From Auanema rhodensis (Eukaryota; Animalia; Nematoda), in the NCBI GenBank assembly GCA_964057225.1, contig OZ059897.1:10478001-10542000 (forward strand): DNA of 64,000 nt, written 5' to 3'. Positions 52,301 to 64,000 of this stretch are shown piece after piece. The position numbers and the translations under genes are program-made. Position 1 is the first letter of the stretch. Every line of letters starts with the position of its first letter. The notes under the pieces were generated by a model. The model was given only the letters and a program-made list of their open reading frames with translations. It was not told where the DNA came from and did no database searches.

Positions 52301-55300
52301 GGCCGTGGCGACACAGATTCGATTCCTGTCTTGGACATTTTTTGTTTTGAAATTAAAATGCTACAAAATTATTGCTTGCTTGTCATGTTAGATTTCTTTA
52401 ATTTGAATACTTATTTAAGTTATAACAATTTTCGATTTAATCACGTTCAATCAACTGTATTGTTTTCAAAACTGAAGACAAAATTCAATTTCTGTTCATT
52501 GAATTAGAATTTTCATGTTGTCACACAGAAATTGAAGAATCTTAGTTTAATTCAGTAACATTGAACACACTAACTTTGTTAAGTTGTTGTAATATCGGCC
52601 CAAGTAATATAGTGGTTAGTACTCCACGTTGTGGCCGTGGCGACACAGATTCGATTCCTGTCTTGGACATTTTTTGTTTTGAAATTAAAATGCTATAAAC
52701 ATATTGCTTGCTTGTCATGTTAGATTTCTTTAATTCGAATACATATTTAAGTTCTAACAATTTTTGATTTAATCACGTTCAATTAACTGTATTGTTTTCA
52801 AAAATAAAGACATCTTTCAATTTCTGGTCATTGAATTAGAATTTTCATGTTGTCACACAGAAATTGAAGAATCTTAGTTTAATTCAGTAACAATGAACAC
52901 ACTAACTTTGTTAAGTTGTTGTAATATCGGCCCAAGTAATATAGTGGTTAGTACTCCACGTTGTGGCCGTGGCGACACAGATTCGATTCCTGTCTTGGAC
53001 ATTTTTTGTTTTGAAATTAAAATGCTATAAACATATTGCTTGCTTGTCATGTTAGATTTCTTTAATTTGAATACTTTTTTAAGTTATAACAATTTTCGAT
53101 TTAATCACGTTCAATCAACTGTATTGTTTTCAAAAATAAAGACATCTTTCAATTTCTGGTCATTGAATTAGAATTTTCATGTTGTCACACAGAAATTGAA
53201 GAATCTTAGTTCAATTCAGTAACAATGAACACACTAACTTTGTTAAGTTGTTGTAATATCGGCCCAAGTAATATAGTGGTTAGTACTCCACGTTGTGGCC
53301 GTGGCGACACAGATTCGATTCCTGTCTTGGGCATTTTTTGTTTTGAAATTAAAATGCTACAAAATTATTGCTTGCTTGTCATGTTAGATTTCTTTAATTT
53401 GAATACTTATTTAAGTTATAACAATTTTCGATTTAATCACGTTCAATCAACTGTATTATTTTCAAAAATAAAGACAAAATTCAATTTCTGTTCATTGAAT
53501 TAGAATTTTCATGTTGTCACACAGAAATTGAAGAATCTTAGTTCAATTCAGTAACAATGAACACACTAACTTCGTTAAGTTGTTGTAATATCGGCCCAAG
53601 TAGTATAGTGGTTAGTACTCCACGTTGTGGCCGTGGCGACACAGATTCGATTCCTGTCTTGGGCATTTTTTGTTTTGAAATTAAAATGCTATAAACATAT
53701 TGCTTGCTTGTCATGTTAGATTTGTTTAATTCAAATACTTATTTAAGTTCTATCAATTTTCGATTTAATCACGTTCAATCAACTGTATTGTTTTCAAAAA
53801 TAAAGACATCTTTCAATTTCTGGTCATTGAATTAGAATTTTCATGTTGTCACACAGAAATTGAAGAATCTTAGTTCATTTCAGTAACAATGAACACACTA
53901 ACTTTGTTAAGTTGTTGTAATATTGGCCCAAGTAGTATAGTGGTTAGTACTCCACGTTGTGGCCGTGGCGACACAGGTTCGATTCCTGTCTTGGGCATTT
54001 TTTGTTTTGAAATTTAAATGCTATAAAATTATTGCTTGCTTGTCATGTTAGATTTGTTTAATTCAAATACTTATTTAAGTTCTAACAATTTTTGATTTAA
54101 TCACGTTCAATTAACTGTATTGTTTTCAAAAATAAAGACATCTTTCAATTTCTGGTCATTGAATTAGAATTTTCATGTTGTCACACAGAAATTGAAGAAT
54201 CTCAGTTCATTTCAGTAACAATGAACACACTAACTTTGTTAAGTTGTTGTAATATCGGCCCAAGTAATATAGTGGTTAGTACTCCACGTTGTGGCCGTGG
54301 CGACACAGGTTCGATTCCTGTCTTGGGCATTTTTTGTTTTGAAATTAAAATGCTACAAAATTATTGCTTGCTTGTCATGTTAGATTTCTTTAATTTGAAT
54401 ACTTATTTAAGTTATAACAATTTTCGATTTAATCACGTTCAATCAACTGTATTATTTTCAAAAATAAAGACAAAATTCAATTTCTGTTCATTGAATTAGA
54501 ATTTTCATGTTGTCACACAGAAATTGAAGAATCTTAGTTCAATTCAGTAACAATGAACACACTAACTTCGTTAAGTTGTTGTAATATCGGCCCAAGTAGT
54601 ATAGTGGTTAGTACTCCACGTTGTGGCCGTGGCGACACAGATTCGATTCCTGTCTTGGGCATTTTTTGTTTTGAAATTAAAATGCTATAAACATATTGCT
54701 TGCTTGTCATGTTAGATTTGTTTAATTCAAATACTTATTTAAGTTCTATCAATTTTCGATTTAATCACGTTCAATCAACTGTATTGTTTTCAAAAATAAA
54801 GACATCTTTCAATTTCTGGTCATTGAATTAGAATTTTCATGTTGTCACACAGAAATTGAAGAATCTTAGTTCATTTCAGTAACAATGAACACACTAACTT
54901 TGTTAAGTTGTTGTAATATTGGCCCAAGTAGTATAGTGGTTAGTACTCCACGTTGTGGCCGTGGCGACACAGGTTCGATTCCTGTCTTGGGCATTTTTTG
55001 TTTTGAAATTTAAATGCTATAAAATTATTGCTTGCTTGTCATGTTAGATTTGTTTAATTCAAATACTTATTTAAGTTCTAACAATTTTTGATTTAATCAC
55101 GTTCAATTAACTGTATTGTTTTCAAAAATAAAGACATCTTTCAATTTCTGGTCATTGAATTAGAATTTTCATGTTGTCACACAGAAATTGAAGAATCTCA
55201 GTTCATTTCAGTAACAATGAACACACTAACTTTGTTAAGTTGTTGTAATATCGGCCCAAGTAGTATAGTGGTTAGTACTCCACGTTGTGGCCGTGGCGAC

Positions 55301-58300
55301 ACAGGTTCGATTCCTGTCTTGGGCATTTTTTGTTTTGAAATTAAAATGCTATAAAATTATTGCTTGCTTGTCTTGTTAGATTTCTTTAATTTGAATACTT
55401 ATTCAAGTTATAACAATTTTCAATTTAATCACGTTCAATCAACTGTATTGTTCTCAAAAATAAAGACAAAATTCAATTTCTGTTCATTGAATTAGAATTT
55501 TCATGTTGTCACACAGAAATTGAAGAATCTTAGTTCAATTCAGTAACAATGAACACACTAACTTTGTTAAGTTGTTGTAATATCGGCCCAATTAATATAG
55601 TGGTTAGTACTCCACGTTGTGGCCGTGGCGACACAGGTTCGATTCCTGTCTTGGGCATTTTTTGTTTTGAAATTGAAATGCTATAAAATTATTGCTTGCT
55701 TGTCTTGTTAGATTTCTTTAATTTGAATACTTATTCAAGTTATAACAATTTTCGATTTAATCACGTTCAATCAACTGTATTGTTTTCAAAAATAAAGACA
55801 AAATTCAATTTCTGTTCATTGAATTAGAATTTTCATGTTGTCACACAGAAATTGAAGAATCTTCGTTCAATTCAGTAACAATGAACACACTAACTTTGTT
55901 AAGTTGTTGTAATATTGGCCCAAGTAGTATAGTGGTTAGTACTCCACGTTGTGGCCGTGGCGACACAGGTTCGATTCCTGTCTTGGGCATTTTTTGTTTT
56001 GAAATTTAAATGCTATAAAATTATTGCTTGCTTGTCATGTTAGATTTGTTTAATTCAAATACTTATTTAAGTTCTAACAATTTTTGATTTAATCACGTTC
56101 AATTAACTGTATTGTTTTCAAAAATAAAAACAAAATTCAATTTCTGTTCATTGAATTAGAATTTTCATGTTGTCACACAGAAATTGAAGAATCTTAGTTC
56201 AATTCAGTAACAATGAACACACTAACTTCGTTAAGTTGTTGTAATATCGGCCCAAGTAATATAGTGGTTAGTACTCCACGTTGTGGCCGTGGCGACACAG
56301 ATTCGATTCCTGTTTTGGGCATTTTTTGTTTTGAAATTTAAATGCTATAAAATTATTGCTTGCTTGTCATGTTAGATTTTTTTTAATTCGAATACTTATT
56401 CAAGTTATAACAATTTTCGATTTAATCACGTTCAATCAACTGTATTGTTTTCAAAAATAAAGACATCTTTCAATTTCTGGTCATTGAATTAGAATTTTCA
56501 TGTTGTCACACAGAAATTGAAGAATCTCAGTTCATTTCAGTAACAATGAACACACTAACTTTGTTAAGTTGTTGTAATATCGGCCCAAGTAGTATAGTGG
56601 TTAGTACTCCACGTTGTGGCCGTGGCGACACAGGTTCGATTCCTGTCTTGGGCATTTTTTGTTTTGAAATTAAAATGCTATAAAATTATTGCTTGCTTGT
56701 CTTGTTAGATTTCTTTAATTTGAATACTTATTCAAGTTATAACAATTTTCAATTTAATCACGTTCAATCAACTGTATTGTTCTCAAAAATAAAGACAAAA
56801 TTCAATTTCTGTTCATTGAATTAGAATTTTCATGTTGTCACACAGAAATTGAAGAATCTTAGTTCAATTCAGTAACAATGAACACACTAACTTTGTTAAG
56901 TTGTTGTAATATCGGCCCAATTAATATAGTGGTTAGTACTCCACGTTGTGGCCGTGGCGACACAGATTCGATTCTTGTTTTGGGCATTTTTTGTTTTGAA
57001 ATTTAAATGCTATAAATTTATTGCTTGCTTGTCATGTTAGATTTCTTTAATTTGAATACTTATTCAAGTTATAACAATTTTCGATTTAATCACGTTCAAT
57101 CAACTGTATTGTTTTCAAAAATAAAGACAAAATTCAATTTCTGTTCATTGAATTAGAATTTTCATGTTGTCACACAGAAATTGAAGAATCTTAGTTCATT
57201 TCAGTAACAATGAACACACTAGCTTTGTTAAGTTGTTGTAATATTGGCCCAAGTAGTATAGTGGTTAGTACTCCACGTTGTGGCCGTGGCGACACAGGTT
57301 CGATTCCTGTCTTGGGCATTTTTTGTTTTGAAATTGAAATGCTATAAAATTATTGCTTGCTTGTCTTGTTAGATTTCTTTAATTTGAATACTTATTCAAG
57401 TTATAACAATTTTCGATTTAATCACGTTCAATCAACTGTATTGTTTTCAAAAATAAAGACAAAATTCAATTTCTGTTCATTGAATTAGAATTTTCATGTT
57501 GTCACACAGAAATTGAAGAATCTTCGTTCAATTCAGTAACAATGAACACACTAACTTTGTTAAGTTGTTGTAATATCGGCCCAATTAATATAGTGGTTAG
57601 TACTCCACGTTGTGGCCGTGGCGACACAGATTCGATTCCTGTTTTGGGCATTTTTTGTTTTGAAATTTAAATGCTATAAAATTATTGCTTGCTTGTCATG
57701 TTAGATTTTTTTTAATTCGAATACTTATTCAAGTTATAACAATTTTCGATTTAATCACGTTCAATCAACTGTATTGTTTTCAAAAATAAAGACATCTTTC
57801 AATTTCTGGTCATTGAATTAGAATTTTCATGTTGTCACACAGAAATTGAAGAATCTCAGTTCATTTCAGTAACAATGAACACACTAACTTTGTTAAGTTG
57901 TTGTAATATCGGCCCAAGTAGTATAGTGGTTAGTACTCCACGTTGTGGCCGTGGCGACACAGGTTCGATTCCTGTCTTGGGCATTTTTTGTTTTGAAATT
58001 AAAATGCTATAAAATTATTGCTTGCTTGTCTTGTTAGATTTCTTTAATTTGAATACTTATTCAAGTTATAACAATTTTCAATTTAATCACGTTCAATCAA
58101 CTGTATTGTTCTCAAAAATAAAGACAAAATTCAATTTCTGTTCATTGAATTAGAATTTTCATGTTGTCACACAGAAATTGAAGAATCTTAGTTCAATTCA
58201 GTAACAATGAACACACTAACTTTGTTAAGTTGTTGTAATATCGGCCCAATTAATATAGTGGTTAGTACTCCACGTTGTGGCCGTGGCGACACAGATTCGA

Positions 58301-61300
58301 TTCTTGTTTTGGGCATTTTTTGTTTTGAAATTTAAATGCTATAAATTTATTGCTTGCTTGTCATGTTAGATTTCTTTAATTTGAATACTTATTCAAGTTA
58401 TAACAATTTTCGATTTAATCACGTTCAATCAACTGTATTGTTTTCAAAAATAAAGACAAAATTCAATTTCTGTTCATTGAATTAGAATTTTCATGTTGTC
58501 ACACAGAAATTGAAGAATCTTAGTTCATTTCAGTAACAATGAACACACTAGCTTTGTTAAGTTGTTGTAATATTGGCCCAAGTAGTATAGTGGTTAGTAC
58601 TCCACGTTGTGGCCGTGGCGACACAGGTTCGATTCCTGTCTTGGGCATTTTTTGTTTTGAAATTGAAATGCTATAAAATTATTGCTTGCTTGTCTTGTTA
58701 GATTTCTTTAATTTGAATACTTATTCAAGTTATAACAATTTTCGATTTAATCACGTTCAATCAACTGTATTGTTTTCAAAAATAAAGACAAAATTCAATT
58801 TCTGTTCATTGAATTAGAATTTTCATGTTGTCACACAGAAATTGAAGAATCTTCGTTCAATTCAGTAACAATGAACACACTAACTTTGTTAAGTTGTTGT
58901 AATATCGGCCCAATTAATATAGTGGTTAGTACTCCACGTTGTGGCCGTGGCGACACAGATTCGATTCCTGTTTTGGGCATTTTTTGTTTTGAAATTTAAA
59001 TGCTATAAATTTATTGCTTGCTTGTCATGTTAGATTTCTTTAATTTGAATACTTATTCAAGTTATAACAATTTTCGATTTAATCACGTTCAATCAACTGT
59101 ATTGTTTTCAAAAATAAAGACAAAATTCAATTTCTGTTCATTGAATTAGAATTTTCATGTTGTCACACAGAAATTGAAGAATCTTAGTTCATTTCAGTAA
59201 CAATGAACACACTAGCTTTGTTAAGTTGTTGTAATATTGGCCCAAGTAGTATAGTGGTTAGTACTCCACGTTGTGGCCGTGGCGACACAGATTCGATTCC
59301 TGTCTTGGGCATTTTTTGTTTTGAAATTAAAATGCTATAAATTTATTGCTTGCTTGTCATGTTAGATTTTTTTTAATTCGAATACTTATTCAAGTTATAA
59401 CAATTTTCGATTTAATCACGTTCAATCAACTGTATTGTTTTCAAAAATAAAGACATCTTTCAATTTCTGGTCATTGAATTAGAATTTTCATGTTGTCACA
59501 CAGAAATTGAAGAATCTCAGTTCATTTCAGTAACAATGAACACACTAACTTTGTTAAGTTGTTGTAATATCGGCCCAAGTAGTATAGTGGTTAGTACTCC
59601 ACGTTGTGGCCGTGGCGACACAGGTTCGATTCCTGTCTTGGGCATTTTTTGTTTTGAAATTAAAATGCTATAAAATTATTGCTTGCTTGTCTTGTTAGAT
59701 TTCTTTAATTTGAATACTTATTCAAGTTATAACAATTTTCAATTTAATCACGTTCAATCAACTGTATTGTTCTCAAAAATAAAGACAAAATTCAATTTCT
59801 GTTCATTGAATTAGAATTTTCATGTTGTCACACAGAAATTGAAGAATCTTAGTTCAATTCAGTAACAATGAACACACTAACTTTGTTAAGTTGTTGTAAT
59901 ATCGGCCCAATTAATATAGTGGTTAGTACTCCACGTTGTGGCCGTGGCGACACAGATTCGATTCTTGTTTTGGGCATTTTTTGTTTTGAAATTTAAATGC
60001 TATAAATTTATTGCTTGCTTGTCATGTTAGATTTCTTTAATTTGAATACTTATTCAAGTTATAACAATTTTCGATTTAATCACGTTCAATCAACTGTATT
60101 GTTTTCAAAAATAAAGACAAAATTCAATTTCTGTTCATTGAATTAGAATTTTCATGTTGTCACACAGAAATTGAAGAATCTTAGTTCATTTCAGTAACAA
60201 TGAACACACTAGCTTTGTTAAGTTGTTGTAATATTGGCCCAAGTAGTATAGTGGTTAGTACTCCACGTTGTGGCCGTGGCGACACAGGTTCGATTCCTGT
60301 CTTGGGCATTTTTTGTTTTGAAATTGAAATGCTATAAAATTATTGCTTGCTTGTCTTGTTAGATTTCTTTAATTTGAATACTTATTCAAGTTATAACAAT
60401 TTTCGATTTAATCACGTTCAATCAACTGTATTGTTTTCAAAAATAAAGACAAAATTCAATTTCTGTTCATTGAATTAGAATTTTCATGTTGTCACACAGA
60501 AATTGAAGAATCTTCGTTCAATTCAGTAACAATGAACACACTAACTTTGTTAAGTTGTTGTAATATCGGCCCAATTAATATAGTGGTTAGTACTCCACGT
60601 TGTGGCCGTGGCGACACAGATTCGATTCCTGTTTTGGGCATTTTTTGTTTTGAAATTTAAATGCTATAAAATTATTGCTTGCTTGTCATGTTAGATTTTT
60701 TTTAATTCGAATACTTATTCAAGTTATAACAATTTTCGATTTAATCACGTTCAATCAACTGTATTGTTTTCAAAAATAAAGACATCTTTCAATTTCTGGT
60801 CATTGAATTAGAATTTTCATGTTGTCACACAGAAATTGAAGAATCTCAGTTCATTTCAGTAACAATGAACACACTAACTTTGTTAAGTTGTTGTAATATC
60901 GGCCCAAGTAGTATAGTGGTTAGTACTCCACGTTGTGGCCGTGGCGACACAGGTTCGATTCCTGTCTTGGGCATTTTTTGTTTTGAAATTAAAATGCTAT
61001 AAAATTATTGCTTGCTTGTCTTGTTAGATTTCTTTAATTTGAATACTTATTCAAGTTATAACAATTTTCAATTTAATCACGTTCAATCAACTGTATTGTT
61101 CTCAAAAATAAAGACAAAATTCAATTTCTGTTCATTGAATTAGAATTTTCATGTTGTCACACAGAAATTGAAGAATCTTAGTTCAATTCAGTAACAATGA
61201 ACACACTAACTTTGTTAAGTTGTTGTAATATCGGCCCAATTAATATAGTGGTTAGTACTCCACGTTGTGGCCGTGGCGACACAGATTCGATTCTTGTTTT

Positions 61301-63889
61301 GGGCATTTTTTGTTTTGAAATTTAAATGCTATAAATTTATTGCTTGCTTGTCATGTTAGATTTCTTTAATTTGAATACTTATTCAAGTTATAACAATTTT
61401 CGATTTAATCACGTTCAATCAACTGTATTGTTTTCAAAAATAAAGACAAAATTCAATTTCTGTTCATTGAATTAGAATTTTCATGTTGTCACACAGAAAT
61501 TGAAGAATCTTAGTTCATTTCAGTAACAATGAACACACTAGCTTTGTTAAGTTGTTGTAATATTGGCCCAAGTAGTATAGTGGTTAGTACTCCACGTTGT
61601 GGCCGTGGCGACACAGGTTCGATTCCTGTCTTGGGCATTTTTTGTTTTGAAATTGAAATGCTATAAAATTATTGCTTGCTTGTCTTGTTAGATTTCTTTA
61701 ATTTGAATACTTATTCAAGTTATAACAATTTTCGATTTAATCACGTTCAATCAACTGTATTGTTTTCAAAAATAAAGACAAAATTCAATTTCTGTTCATT
61801 GAATTAGAATTTTCATGTTGTCACACAGAAATTGAAGAATCTTCGTTCAATTCAGTAACAATGAACACACTAACTTTGTTAAGTTGTTGTAATATCGGCC
61901 CAATTAATATAGTGGTTAGTACTCCACGTTGTGGCCGTGGCGACACAGATTCGATTCCTGTTTTGGGCATTTTTTGTTTTGAAATTTAAATGCTATAAAT
62001 TTATTGCTTGCTTGTCATGTTAGATTTCTTTAATTTGAATACTTATTCAAGTTATAACAATTTTCGATTTAATCACGTTCAATCAACTGTATTGTTTTCA
62101 AAAATAAAGACAAAATTCAATTTCTGTTCATTGAATTAGAATTTTCATGTTGTCACACAGAAATTGAAGAATCTTAGTTCATTTCAGTAACAATGAACAC
62201 ACTAGCTTTGTTAAGTTGTTGTAATATTGGCCCAAGTAGTATAGTGGTTAGTACTCCACGTTGTGGCCGTGGCGACACAGATTCGATTCCTGTCTTGGGC
62301 ATTTTTTGTTTTGAAATTAAAATGCTACAAAATTATTGCTTGCTTGTCATGTTAGATTTCTTTAATTTGAATACTTATTTAAGTTATAACAATTTTCGAT
62401 TTAATCACGTTCAATCAACTGTATTGTTTTCAAAAATAAAGACAAAATTCAATTTCTGTTCATTGAATTAGAATTTTCATGTTGTCACACAGAAATTGAA
62501 GAATCTTAGTTCCATTCAGTAACAATGAACACACTAACTTTGTTAAGTTGTTGTAATATCGGCCCAATTAATATAGTGGTTAGTACTCCACGTTGTGGCC
62601 GTGGCGACACAGATTCGATTCCTGTTTTGGGCATTTTTTGTTTTGAAATTTAAATGCTATAAATTTATTGCTTGCTTGTCATGTTAGATTTCTTTAATTT
62701 GAATACTTATTCAAGTTATAACAATTTTCGATTTAATCACGTTCAATCAACTGTATTGTTTTCAAAAATAAAGACAAAATTCAATTTCTGTTCATTGAAT
62801 TAGAATTTTCATGTTGTCACACAGAAATTGAAGAATCTTAGTTCATTTCAGTAACAATGAACACACTAGCTTTGTTAAGTTGTTGTAATATTGGCCCAAG
62901 TAGTATAGTGGTTAGTACTCCACGTTGTGGCCGTGGCGACACAGGTTCGATTCCTGTCTTGGGCATTTTTTGTTTTGAAATTGAAATGCTATAAAATTAT
63001 TGCTTGCTTGTCTTGTTAGATTTCTTTAATTTGAATACTTATTCAAGTTATAACAATTTTCGATTTAATCACGTTCAATCAACTGTATTGTTTTCAAAAA
63101 TAAAGACAAAATTCAATTTCTGTTCATTGAATTAGAATTTTCATGTTGTCACACAGAAATTGAAGAATCTTAGTTCAATTCAGTAACAATGAACACACTA
63201 ACTTTGTTAAGTTGTTGTAATATTGGCCCAAGTAATATAGTGGTTAGTACTCCACGTTGTGGCCGTGGCGACACAGATTCGATTCCTGTCTTGGACATTT
63301 TTTGTTTTGAAATTAAAATGCTATAAACATATTGCTTGCTTGTCATGTTAGATTTCTTTAATTTGAATACTTATTCAAGTTATAACAATTTTCGATTTAA
63401 TCACGTTCAATTAACTGTATTGTTTTCAAAAATAAAGACAAAATTCAATTTCTGTTCATTGAATTAGAATTTTCATGTTGTCACACAGAAATTGAAGAAT
63501 CTTAGTTCAATTCAGTAACAATGAACACACTAACTTTGTTAAGTTGTTGTAATATCGGCCCAAGTAATATAGTGGTTAGTACTCCACGTTGTGGCCGTGG
63601 CGACACAGATTCGATTCCTGTCTTGGACATTTTTTGTTTTGAAATTAAAATGCTATAAACATATTGCTTGCTTGTCATGTTAGATTTCTTTAATTTAAAT
63701 ACATATTTAAGTTCTAACAATTTTTGATTTAATCACGTTCAATTAACTGTATTGTTTTCAAAAATAAAGACAAAATTCAATTTCTGTTCATTGAATTAGA
63801 ATTTTCATGTTGTCACACAGAAATTGAAGAATCTTAGTTCATTTCAGTAACAATGAACACACTAGCTTTGTTAAGTTGTTGTAATATTG

Positions 63890-63961
63890 GCCCAAGTAGT
63901 ATAGTGGTTAGTACTCCACGTTGTGGCCGTGGCGACACAGGTTCGATTCCTGTCTTGGGCA
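63890..63961 (+). tRNA. tRNA-His(GTG), canonical, last copy in the window
   Basis: Fully paired cloverleaf with G10 and G53, followed by T6. Confidence 0.93.
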
Positions 63962-64000
63962 TTTTTTGTTTTGAAATTGAAATGCTATAAAATTATTGCT

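Larger units (their letters stand above)
27691..64000 (+). repeat. Tandem array of 332-bp tRNA-His(GTG) units, right segment (110 full tRNA copies)
   Basis: First tRNA start 27693, last 63890 = 27693+109x332+9, with nine 333-bp units carrying a 1-nt insertion in the spacer. The array continues past the window end. Confidence 0.98.

Noticed and set aside
304-63720. Repeated 72-aa minus-strand ORFs (MLELKYVF...) and 60-92-aa plus-strand ORFs (MNTLTLLS...)
   Set aside because: They are translations through the tRNA and spacer, and they open and close with single spacer SNPs. They have no recognisable protein features.
1-64000. CRISPR array interpretation
   Set aside because: The whole 332-bp unit repeats, there are no unique spacers or cas genes, and the context is eukaryotic.

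Overview
AT-rich eukaryotic DNA, probably nematode (inference). About 94% of the window is a head-to-tail array of a 332-bp unit. Each unit carries one tRNA-His(GTG) gene on the + strand, with a genomically encoded G at -1 and a T6 Pol III terminator. By period arithmetic there are 182 full-length copies (72 left and 110 right of an insertion), and the array runs off both window ends. By eye only about one fifth of copies are canonical. Most carry G10A (A box/D stem) and G53A (B box/T stem), often with stem mismatches, and the variants form local higher-order repeats of 4-14 units. A single 3,750-bp Mutator-like (MULE) DNA transposon interrupts the array at 23941-27690, with 225-bp TIRs and a 9-bp TSD (TGGCCCAAG). 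It sits between nt 7 and 8 of a canonical tRNA-His copy, and the TSD regenerates a complete tRNA, including G-1, downstream. The fragmentary ORFs inside the element join by GT-AG splicing into one open 801-aa transposase gene with 17 exons and 16 mostly 39-50-nt introns, with D-D-CxxH-E and a SWIM-like finger. The repeated 60-92-aa ORFs in the array are spurious. All counts were made by hand.
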